Shown piece by piece: positions 51,572-59,484 of a stretch of DNA of 64,000 nt; the stretch's first letter is position 1; the number at the start of each line of letters is the position of its first letter. A program made the position numbers and the translations under genes. Origin of the DNA: an uncultured virus (IMG/VR IMGVR_UViG_3300022602_000041). Its lineage: Duplodnaviria > Heunggongvirae > Uroviricota > Caudoviricetes. The DNA lies in the IMG/VR virus record IMGVR_UViG_3300022602_000041; one strand, 5' to 3'. Below the pieces are notes generated by a model. That model did not search any database, was not told the DNA's origin, and saw only the letters and a program-made list of their open reading frames with translations.

Positions 51572-51900
51572 TATACTGGTAATGTGCTAATTGTTGCGCT
51601 TATTACGCTACCTGCGCTGGCGACAGCTATAATAGCATCGCCGCTACCTAATACTAATTTTTCTTGATCTAAACTTACAGTTTCTCCGCCTGGAATACTT
51701 AGCGAATTTATAATCATAGTAGTATTATTTGCTGATCCTCCATTTGGCACAGCAAATACTGTGATGCTAGCAGGTGTATTAGATGTATAATTACAAAAAA
51801 TCATACAAGTAATTGCGATTCCTGTTTGACTACCACTAAATGATGTGCTAGGAGATATTGTTGTGTTTGTATTTGCAATCAATGTTGATGTAAGTGCCAT
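51571..51900 (-). CDS. Small beta-rich structural protein (paralog family of ~110 aa, copy 1)
   Basis: 109 aa with the EKLVL motif; TAATG coupling to the next gene. Confidence 0.7.
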   Translation of the reverse strand: MALTSTLIANTNTTISPSTSFSGSQTGIAITCMIFCNYTSNTPASITVFAVPNGGSANNTTMIINSLSIPGGETVSLDQEKLVLGSGDAIIAVASAGSVISATISTLPV

Positions 51901-51909
51901 TTTAATTCC

Positions 51910-52962
51910 TTATAGTAAGATACTTAGCAGTACTGCTCTGTTTCTACTAACTAATTCGTCGGGGGTGTGGTTGCTAGCATTAGTAAAATAAATTCCAGTT
52001 TTTGCTGGCCCAACAGTAGAACTTGAATATATTTGAGTTCCTGTATTATTATATGTTACACTAGTTCCTACGTTATCTAATTGTGTTACAGCATTGATTT
52101 CTATATAACCATTGTTTGCTGTAATAATTAAATTGTTTGAACTAGTATTTGTAATTGTGTTGGCTTGTGAACTTATTAGATTTCCGCCGCCTATTCGAAC
52201 ATACCCAGCAGTTACTCCATTACTATCTACAGTTGCGTATGTATATTGAGATATTTGAAATACTATACTTCCAGTATTAGCTTCAATCGAACTATTTGCA
52301 TTTGAAATAGTTGTACCTGCGGTAGGTGGATACATTACTTTATCAGTTAACGCAACTCCTTGTAAACCACCGTTTACATACGTACTAAGAACATAGTTTT
52401 GTAAATATTGTACATTTGGAATATGCCAAGGTTGTAAATTCGATGAACCATAATTGCTAGCTGAAGTTGTTATAGTATGACCTGCAACACCTATAGTTCC
52501 ACCAGCGTTAACTATAGATAGTAGATGAGAACTTCCTAACATATCAAATGCAAGGTCTGATAGTCCGTCTGAAACAACTGTTCTTAATTGTAGACCTTCA
52601 GTCGTACCGCCTGCTGTTTTTAATGTCCATGTACCGGTTATCTCTGCTCCGGCAAGAGAATCGTAATGGTTAACTTGTTCATTGAATAAAATCTGCGCGG
52701 CACTATAATTTCCACGTTCAACTTCTATACCAGAAACATAACTGTTAGCACTACTAATACCGTTACCAGTTTGTCCATAATTAAGTTGAATTATATTATC
52801 TTTAATTTCTGTATTTGTGTTTTCTATGTACGTAGTTGTACCTTTGACATCAAGATTACCAAGTACAGTAACAGTTCCGGTGGATTGTGCATCCAAGATA
52901 ATATAACCACCAGATTGCACTTGCAATCTATAATCACCGTTTACTTTTAATATTCTTGACAT
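51910..52962 (-). CDS. Fibre-like structural protein (350 aa)
   Basis: GNLDVKGTTTYI...IKDNIIQLN...GIEVERG pattern seen in phage fibre proteins; hydrophobic C-terminal helix. Confidence 0.65.
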   Translation of the reverse strand: MSRILKVNGDYRLQVQSGGYIILDAQSTGTVTVLGNLDVKGTTTYIENTNTEIKDNIIQLNYGQTGNGISSANSYVSGIEVERGNYSAAQILFNEQVNHYDSLAGAEITGTWTLKTAGGTTEGLQLRTVVSDGLSDLAFDMLGSSHLLSIVNAGGTIGVAGHTITTSASNYGSSNLQPWHIPNVQYLQNYVLSTYVNGGLQGVALTDKVMYPPTAGTTISNANSSIEANTGSIVFQISQYTYATVDSNGVTAGYVRIGGGNLISSQANTITNTSSNNLIITANNGYIEINAVTQLDNVGTSVTYNNTGTQIYSSSTVGPAKTGIYFTNASNHTPDELVSRNRAVLLSILL

Positions 52963-52984
52963 TTATGAATCCTGTAAGGTTAAT

Positions 52985-53004
52985 GAGAGGAGTTGCCTCC
53001 TCCC
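52985..53004 (-). terminator. Stable GNRA hairpin after the 502-aa gene (terminator or 3' stabiliser)
   Basis: GGGAGGAG-GCAA-CUCCUCUC; no clear U-tract. Confidence 0.5.
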
Positions 53005-53014
53005 TAATTAACTA

Positions 53015-54523
53015 TTAAGCGTTATCTAATGTTACTGAAACGTTAGCAACTGGAGTTGCTAAATTCCATTGTGCCGCTTGTCCAGTAGTAAACTGTGTAC
53101 CTGAAATTGGAGTTAAGTATGCCTTACGGTTTGTTAACTTAGATACGGCATAGATACCACCAGCACTATCAGTAGCAATGATTGCCATTTGACCAGTAGT
53201 CAAACTGCTTTCAGCGACTGCTGTTAGTTTGCATAATGTACCAGGATATGATCCACCCTGTTGGATAACGCGGTATGTACGTGAACCTTCTTGCTTGATG
53301 ATATCACAATCAGTGTATAATGTTCCACTAATGTTAGCATTAACAAGAATTTGTTCGTAACGGCCAGTGTAACCACTTGACACTTGAGCTGCCAATGTAG
53401 CTGTAGCTGTAGCTGAACCAGAGCTTAATGTTACAACTGGTGTATAACCAGCGATTGTAACTGTGTCTTTAACTGTATAAGTGAATACTAGACCTGTTGA
53501 TGTTGAACCGCCAACTGTAATACTGTTAGTACCCGCAATAGCGTGTGCTAATGTATCAGCTAGTGTAACTGCTGTAGTTGTTGGAGCAACTGCTGAACTA
53601 ACATAATATGTTGTACCAGTTGTTAAACCTGTTAAGTTACCAGTTAGTGTACCTGTCACTGCAATCGCTGTACCAATTGGAAGAGCTGTTGTAGTTGCTG
53701 TAAATGTCAACTGACCAGCTGTTTGACTAACAGATGCTAGTGTTGCTGAGTTAAGTTGAGCTGTAGTTGTTTTTACTGTACCAACACCTGCACCTGTTAC
53801 AGAAGCACTCAATGTAACAGAAGTATTTCCTGTGTTAACAGTTTTAACATAGTAAGTAGTACCGCCTGTTAACCCACCAATTGATTGACTTGGTGTAAAC
53901 GCCATACCAACAACAATTTCATCAATAGAGCTAAGTGTAACATTATTACTACCGTCAGTAGATAAAATGCTCATTGATTTTGTATCTGCAGAATCAATAT
54001 AACCATCACCTGCGTTAGTTACTGAATAACCTGTAATTGTAAATGATGTTAATGTGAATGTAGCGGCCGCTGTGAATGTGCTACCAACTGCTGTTAGTGC
54101 CGAAGCACCAGAAGTTGCACCAGTCCATGTACCACCAGAAGTAACGCTGTTAACTGTTGTAATAACACCTGAACCGTTTGTTGTAACGTTTAATACTGCT
54201 GTACCACCACCTTGTACTGCTGTACCTGTTACAGAAACTGTAAATGTACTTGATGCTGGATAGCCTGTACCACCAGTTGTTACACTTGCGGCTGCGGCTG
54301 TTAATACTGCAACGGCTGTTGCGCTAACACCGTTAGCTATTTTAGGACCATAGATGCTTAAACTTGGAGCACCTGTTGTGTAACCTGTTAGTGTACCGCC
54401 TGTTGCGATACCTGAAATGCTTGAACCACCGATGCCAGCATCAACTGCTACTGCACGGTTATATGTACCTGATGCAGACGCATTGCGGGCACCAAAGTAT
54501 TTTTTATTTAAAGGACGTCCCAT
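53015..54523 (-). CDS. Probable abundant structural protein (head decoration or fibre base), 502 aa, with FCCH-like inserts
   Basis: MGRPLNKKYFG start; conserved-looking C-terminal IIKQEGSRTYRV...VSKLTNRKA; has its own late promoter, strong SD and 3' hairpin. Confidence 0.6.
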   Translation of the reverse strand: MGRPLNKKYFGARNASASGTYNRAVAVDAGIGGSSISGIATGGTLTGYTTGAPSLSIYGPKIANGVSATAVAVLTAAAASVTTGGTGYPASSTFTVSVTGTAVQGGGTAVLNVTTNGSGVITTVNSVTSGGTWTGATSGASALTAVGSTFTAAATFTLTSFTITGYSVTNAGDGYIDSADTKSMSILSTDGSNNVTLSSIDEIVVGMAFTPSQSIGGLTGGTTYYVKTVNTGNTSVTLSASVTGAGVGTVKTTTAQLNSATLASVSQTAGQLTFTATTTALPIGTAIAVTGTLTGNLTGLTTGTTYYVSSAVAPTTTAVTLADTLAHAIAGTNSITVGGSTSTGLVFTYTVKDTVTIAGYTPVVTLSSGSATATATLAAQVSSGYTGRYEQILVNANISGTLYTDCDIIKQEGSRTYRVIQQGGSYPGTLCKLTAVAESSLTTGQMAIIATDSAGGIYAVSKLTNRKAYLTPISGTQFTTGQAAQWNLATPVANVSVTLDNA

Positions 54524-54545
54524 TTCATTTTCTCCTTATGAAAAC

Positions 54546-54617
54546 ACGGCGTTCTAGGCCGTACGCAGTTGGATTTCTGCATAAAACTCACCCCATGTGA
54601 GTTATACATTGTATTTA
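54546..54617 (-). promoter_or_regulatory. Late promoter plus three-hairpin 5' leader of the 502-aa gene
   Basis: TAAATA at 54617-54612; stems AACUCAC/GUGAGUU, AUGCAG/CUGCGU and ACGGC/GCCGU arranged back to back. Confidence 0.6.
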
Positions 54618-55199
54618 TGCGTAGGTGATTCTTAAGCTGGCTTGGTCTAATTGACAAATATCCCTGTGCGGATATATGATATTGCTGTGAAATGCTATAA
54701 CAATCCCAAACGTAGGATCTGCTATATTAGCCGAAGTAAGGCCGGTAGTTCCCCATAAATCTCCAGGGCCACCATATATATTCAAATCTCCTACAGGAGT
54801 TAGTGGAATGTTATCTCCTGTAAACTGATCACTTTGTACAGGATTTATAGTGCTAGCGTAATTTTCTCCAATTAGTTCACCGCCTAGTGTTAATTGTATT
54901 AGATAATCTTCTATTCGTGATTGACGTAACACATTTAATTGTAATTCTATGCCGACTACAGTACTACTTTGATTAGGAATATTGTATCCTGTACACCATA
55001 ATTGACTAGTAGTACTCAAGAATTTTTCCATCCATAGACCACTGATTGTATATAATGATTTACTACTAGTAGCATAAGCGCCCGGTGCAATGGCTGTGGG
55101 ATTAAACTGCCAATCTATACTAGGATTTGTAGGTACTAGATCGTTAGGTATCGATACATTAGCAATAGTTTTAGGATTATAAAATTGTGTAGTAGTCAT
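54615..55199 (-). CDS. Hypothetical beta-sandwich-like protein (194 aa; start revised from 55214)
   Basis: ATG at 55199 follows TAAATA; YGGPGDLWG...FGIVI motif; no firm function. Confidence 0.65.
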   Translation of the reverse strand: MTTTQFYNPKTIANVSIPNDLVPTNPSIDWQFNPTAIAPGAYATSSKSLYTISGLWMEKFLSTTSQLWCTGYNIPNQSSTVVGIELQLNVLRQSRIEDYLIQLTLGGELIGENYASTINPVQSDQFTGDNIPLTPVGDLNIYGGPGDLWGTTGLTSANIADPTFGIVIAFHSNIIYPHRDICQLDQASLRITYA

Positions 55200-55203
55200 C
55201 TTA

Positions 55204-55209
55204 TATTTA
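55204..55209 (-). promoter_or_regulatory. Late promoter (TAAATA)
   Basis: Just past the capsid terminator, 4 nt before the ATG. Confidence 0.55.
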
Positions 55210-55214
55210 CCCAA

Positions 55215-55243
55215 AGAAAAAGGACTCCGTAGAGTCCTTTTCT
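55215..55243 (-). terminator. Intrinsic terminator after the major capsid gene
   Basis: AAAAGGACUC-UACG-GAGUCCUUUUUCUUU (UNCG loop plus U-tract). Confidence 0.85.
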
Positions 55244-55270
55244 ATATATAAAACCTCTTAGGTTATCAAA

Positions 55271-56446
55271 TTAACTGAACTTAACGTTAGCTGAAGTGAT
55301 AGCAACTAGACCTAAATAGTCAGCGGCGTTACCTAGAGAAGATGCAGTATTTGACAACTCAACATAACCATAACGTGTCATGAATGATACGACTGGTTCA
55401 AATGTTGATGGGTCAAGAACAACACCACTGCTCATCAATGGAATGTATGGGCAATAGAATGCTGGAGCATCTGATTCGCTTGATCCTTTGTATCCGATTA
55501 GGATTGAAGAAGAATCTTGAGCATAGCTGTTTACATAAATCTTCATAGCACCGTTCAATGTACCAACGAACTTAGTGTTTGTTGGAGCTTCGAATGTACC
55601 TTCTGTTGTACGAGCAAATGCGCTAGTAGTAGCAGATTGAAGAATTGTTAATGCAAATGGGCTAACAACTGCATAGTTACCTGCGCCACGACGTGTACGT
55701 TGAGCGATTAGGTTACTTACGCGATTGATTTGAACTGCCAATGCGGCATGCTCGTCACCGACGAATGTAGCAGTACCACTAACTTGTGACTGGTCATAAG
55801 TTTGTGTAGCTGTACCAGCTAATGTTGTTAAACTAGCAATAATTTCTTGGTCGATTTCAGCGGTAATTTCTTGAGCCAAAGCAGCCATAACTTCAGCTTC
55901 AACGTCAATACCTTGTTGGGCTTGTGCGTCTTGTGCTGACTCAAATGTCCAACGAGCAGACAATTTACGAGTTTTAGCTTCAACTGTTTGTTTCAAGATT
56001 TGAATGCTCATTCTGTTACCAGCTTGACCTTCTAAAGTAGCTGTTGAAGCTGCTTTAGCAGTTGCGTCAGTTTGGTTACCAGAATAAGAAGCCGCAATCT
56101 TGAATGGGCTCAATGCTTCTTCACCAGCTAGCACGTTCGCACCACTTGATGTATCGCTGTAGCGAACACGTAGAGTGTGAATTTGTCCAACTGGACCAGT
56201 CATTGGTTGTACACCTACTAACTCGTTAGCAATAACGGTAGGCATAACGCGGCGGATCACTGGAAGGATCACGCGATTTAAAGTTGCAACGTTACCAGCA
56301 GAAGTAGCACCAGCAGTTGGAGATTCCATCAAATACTTACGAGTATTTTCTAGAGTTACACCCATTACTGATTTTTTAGTGCCTTGTAAGCCTTCTAATA
56401 GGGCTTCTTTTGTTTCTGCCCAACGTCCATTAAGTAGTTCTGACAT
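55271..56446 (-). CDS. gp23: Major capsid protein (T4 gp23-like, compact 391 aa)
   Basis: RRVMPTVIANELVGVQPMTGPVGQI, KQTVEAKTRKLSARWT.E.AQD, EITAEIDQEI, FYCPYIPL and FMTRYG motifs. Confidence 0.97.
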   Translation of the reverse strand: MSELLNGRWAETKEALLEGLQGTKKSVMGVTLENTRKYLMESPTAGATSAGNVATLNRVILPVIRRVMPTVIANELVGVQPMTGPVGQIHTLRVRYSDTSSGANVLAGEEALSPFKIAASYSGNQTDATAKAASTATLEGQAGNRMSIQILKQTVEAKTRKLSARWTFESAQDAQAQQGIDVEAEVMAALAQEITAEIDQEIIASLTTLAGTATQTYDQSQVSGTATFVGDEHAALAVQINRVSNLIAQRTRRGAGNYAVVSPFALTILQSATTSAFARTTEGTFEAPTNTKFVGTLNGAMKIYVNSYAQDSSSILIGYKGSSESDAPAFYCPYIPLMSSGVVLDPSTFEPVVSFMTRYGYVELSNTASSLGNAADYLGLVAITSANVKFS

Positions 56447-56457
56447 TTAAATTCTCC

Positions 56458-57552
56458 TTAAATTTTTAGTCCAGCTAACTTGCGAATTTCAATGATGTTT
56501 GAATCGCTTTCGCTGCTACGGTTGGTGTTGGAAATCTTATTTCCGGTTATTTCTTTAGCCTCTACTAGTGCCTGTTTCTTCTGCGGAGCCTTACCATTCA
56601 ATACTGAAGGCAAGTACTTTTCAAAACTTTCGTTTAGACGTTCTGTTTTCACAGTCTCCATCAATTCGCTCATGATTGCTTTTTGTTCACTGTTAAGTGG
56701 ACCTAGCAACTCGCTCATGATTTGTTTTCTTGTTTGACTCTCTTGGAGAGTACGGATTTGAGCTTCTTTACTTTCTAAGAGCTGTTCTGCCTTGACTACT
56801 GCCTCTGCGGCTTCTTTCATGGCCATATCTTTCAAGTCTATGACTTTGAGTAATTTTGCTGTTTCCGATTTTTCATTTAGGTAGCTAGACTGATATTCGT
56901 TAGCAAAAGCTTCGAATAACTTACGTCCAAAGTCAGCACGACGAGCTGCCTCGATGTCTTCTTTCAATGTAGTAATTTCAGAACGTAGTCCTGTTGTTAC
57001 AACTGATTCAACCATCTTAGCGGCACGAGTTACAAACTCTTGTTTTACCTTCTTGATTTCTTCACGACCTTCGCGAACTAAGCGTACCTTAGTTTCAGCT
57101 AGATCACGTTTGTCTTGCATAAACTCTGTAATTTCTTGAGCAAGAGCTTCAACTACAAACTGTTCCAATGCGCCAAATTTACCTGCCATTGTTACTTGAT
57201 CTTCATGAAGTTCACGAACTTCTTTAGCTAGTTGACGTGTAACAAATTCCTTCATTACCACAGCATCTTGCTGCATCTTCTTAGCGTATTTGACTTTCAT
57301 CTCAGCTAATTGATTGCGATCATCGGCAAACTCGACAATCTCAGCAGAAAGTTGCTCGCTGATCATGCGATCAACAGCTTCAATCATTGTATTCTTGTCG
57401 TGTTCGTATTTTTGTGCGAATTCTTCGCGTAGTTGTTGAGTAGCTTGTTCTTTAGCTTCGCTGATGCGAGCTTCGAATGCCATCTCGATTGACTCTTTGA
57501 TCTCTTCTGAAATCACATTGTTTTCAAATAACGATTTTAGTGCATCCAACAT
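56458..57552 (-). CDS. gp22: Prohead core scaffolding protein (T4 gp22-like)
   Basis: 364-aa Glu/Lys-rich coiled coil between the protease and capsid genes. Confidence 0.85.
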   Translation of the reverse strand: MLDALKSLFENNVISEEIKESIEMAFEARISEAKEQATQQLREEFAQKYEHDKNTMIEAVDRMISEQLSAEIVEFADDRNQLAEMKVKYAKKMQQDAVVMKEFVTRQLAKEVRELHEDQVTMAGKFGALEQFVVEALAQEITEFMQDKRDLAETKVRLVREGREEIKKVKQEFVTRAAKMVESVVTTGLRSEITTLKEDIEAARRADFGRKLFEAFANEYQSSYLNEKSETAKLLKVIDLKDMAMKEAAEAVVKAEQLLESKEAQIRTLQESQTRKQIMSELLGPLNSEQKAIMSELMETVKTERLNESFEKYLPSVLNGKAPQKKQALVEAKEITGNKISNTNRSSESDSNIIEIRKLAGLKI

Positions 57553-57565
57553 GTGATTCTCCTTA

Positions 57566-58195
57566 TTATTGGAGTTTGTTTATTATTGCTAATAAACTCT
57601 CTTTGAGATATTTTTGTGCTTTAGGATCGCCTTTCACCTCTTGCGCTATACGCAAGGCACTTAATCCACCTCGATTATTCATCAAGTGTTCATAAATTGG
57701 TGTAGGATATGCTCCAGGAGCACTAGGTTGAGCTACCATATCTACTGTGATAATCTCAAAATCTGATACTTCACCGGATCCGTCATCTCTGACGTTTCCG
57801 GATCCGCGACTTGAAACACCTAACTTAACTCCGCTTTCCAGCATCGTCTTGATTAGTTGTCCCATTGGTGTTGGAAGTATTTTCAACTTCCCGTAACCGT
57901 TAGGACCGTCCATCCACATATTAACTATCATGTGCGATACACGGTCCAGGTTAATTTTTAGATCATCTGGATGATCTACTTCTCCGAGAACTGAATAGCC
58001 GTTCTGAATCTGATCGTTAAGGGTCTTAACAGCCTTGCCAATCTCATTAACAGGATATACACGCTGGTTAGCGTTACGGATACCGCCCTGGATACAAATC
58101 CCGGACATGTATAGGTTTTTTCCTTCTTTGTCATCAGACTCAACGACCATTTTTGCTTCGTTGAAACTGAGATTCTCTCGGAGGTATAGTGACAT
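57566..58195 (-). CDS. gp21: Prohead protease (T4 gp21-like)
   Basis: N.N.RVYP, GEVDHP, L.RVSH, TPMG, GVSSRGSG and D.VAQPSAPGA motifs. Confidence 0.95.
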   Translation of the reverse strand: MSLYLRENLSFNEAKMVVESDDKEGKNLYMSGICIQGGIRNANQRVYPVNEIGKAVKTLNDQIQNGYSVLGEVDHPDDLKINLDRVSHMIVNMWMDGPNGYGKLKILPTPMGQLIKTMLESGVKLGVSSRGSGNVRDDGSGEVSDFEIITVDMVAQPSAPGAYPTPIYEHLMNNRGGLSALRIAQEVKGDPKAQKYLKESLLAIINKLQ

Positions 58196-58215
58196 ATTTT
58201 ATATGTACTCTTTAA

Positions 58216-59115
58216 TTAACGTACACGACTAGAGATTAAAGACTTTTTATTAGAGCCATTATCCCCAGTTGATTTTTTCTCAGCACCGTGTCCAGGTTCT
58301 TTCTTTTTGAACGCTGTTTTACCTGCGTTGCCACCTGGTTTGTTAATATTGCCGGCATCCATAATAGTAGTTGTTGGCTTAGCCAATCCACCTTGTGTAC
58401 CGCCTTTTTCTGTACTAAAACTTTGTGCAATATTAGCAGTTGTGCCACCCATATCATTCTTCATGTTGTCGATAGTTGACTTTTTGTTAACACCGTCATC
58501 ACCATGTTTTGGATTTGGAACTTTGATAGTGTATTCCATCAAACCTTCTAGCTCGTCATGCTCTCCGCCCATGCCACCCATGTCTGCTTCGATATCATGC
58601 ATTGGCATACCGTCACCATGAACTCCTGGCTCGTTTTCTTCTTCGTGTTCTTCACCAGCTAATAGCTGTTCAAATTCTGCTTTTAGGTCTTCTAATGCAT
58701 CTTCTAGATCCATTACGCGATCTTCGATATCGCCTTCACCTTCTTCTCCACCTTCATCGCCACCAAATGGATTTTCTTCTCCGTCATCTTCGGCATCGTC
58801 ACTTTCTTCGCCGTCATCTTCGGCATCGTCACTTTCTTCGCCGTCATCATCGCCACCAAATGGATTTTCTTCTCCGTCATCTTCGGCATCGTCACTTTCT
58901 TCTTCTTCAGAATCTTCTTCCATAGATTCTTCTTCCATACCTTCATTTTTCTTGTATGGATTGCCAGTGTCTTGGCTGAAATCTTCTGCTAATAATTCTT
59001 CATAGATTTCACGTGATTTTCCAACAACGATATTGTGGAATATTTCTTTTGCGGCTTGTTGATCATCATTAATCAATGCTTCAAGCATCGCTTCAAATTG
59101 AGCGCGGTCAGTCAT
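58216..59115 (-). CDS. Highly acidic prohead core protein (gp67/gp68 position)
   Basis: 299 aa, Asp/Glu-rich centre and basic C-terminus; lies between portal and protease. Confidence 0.6.
   Translation of the reverse strand: MTDRAQFEAMLEALINDDQQAAKEIFHNIVVGKSREIYEELLAEDFSQDTGNPYKKNEGMEEESMEEDSEEEESDDAEDDGEENPFGGDDDGEESDDAEDDGEESDDAEDDGEENPFGGDEGGEEGEGDIEDRVMDLEDALEDLKAEFEQLLAGEEHEEENEPGVHGDGMPMHDIEADMGGMGGEHDELEGLMEYTIKVPNPKHGDDGVNKKSTIDNMKNDMGGTTANIAQSFSTEKGGTQGGLAKPTTTIMDAGNINKPGGNAGKTAFKKKEPGHGAEKKSTGDNGSNKKSLISSRVR
58754..58902. repeat. In-frame coding repeats (30-bp unit and a 56-bp duplication)
   Basis: CCGTCATCTTCGGCATCGTCACTTTCTTC occurs three times; 58754-58809 is identical to 58847-58902. 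Confidence 0.85.
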
Positions 59116-59152
59116 GTTTATCTCCTAAATTATGTGATTCAAGGCTGTGTAT

Positions 59153-59158
59153 TATTTA
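59153..59158 (-). promoter_or_regulatory. Late promoter for the head operon
   Basis: TAAATA upstream of an AGGAG SD and the ATG at 59115; preceded by the inverted repeat ACACTTTT/AAAAGTGT (59158-59178). Confidence 0.6.
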
Positions 59159-59190
59159 CACTTTTGTTATAAAAGTGTGTGGATATAGGC

Positions 59191-59212
59191 AAAAAACGGC
59201 CAGTTTGACCGT
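59191..59212 (-). terminator. Intrinsic terminator
   Basis: ACGGUC-AAACU-GGCCGU followed by a U run, right after the stop at 59214. Confidence 0.6.
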
Positions 59213-59213
59213 A

Positions 59214-59474
59214 TTATCCTGGAGGAGCGGCACCAGGTGCACCTTCTGGCGGTGCCGCGGCATACATATCATGAATGAAATCTAATTCACTTTCTTGTTC
59301 TAATATGTGTGCTTCATTACTTTTACGAAGTTCATTAATTTGTCTTAACGTTAATCTTGTTTTACGTGTATCATCTCTATGTAATACCGTGTCATCACGT
59401 TGCGGGTTATAACGTAAATCGTTACCAGCATGACGTGTGTCTTGATCAATATAAAACAATTCTCTTAAAATCAT
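59214..59474 (-). CDS. Small conserved-looking hypothetical protein (86 aa; start revised from 59585)
   Basis: MILRELF start 4 nt after TAAATA; DTRKTRLTLRQINELRK motif; the longer ORF overlaps the portal gene. Confidence 0.7.
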   Translation of the reverse strand: MILRELFYIDQDTRHAGNDLRYNPQRDDTVLHRDDTRKTRLTLRQINELRKSNEAHILEQESELDFIHDMYAAAPPEGAPGAAPPG

Positions 59475-59478
59475 ATTG

Positions 59479-59484
59479 TATTTA
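59479..59484 (-). promoter_or_regulatory. Late promoter (CATAAATA)
   Basis: Overlaps the portal stop codon. Confidence 0.6.
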
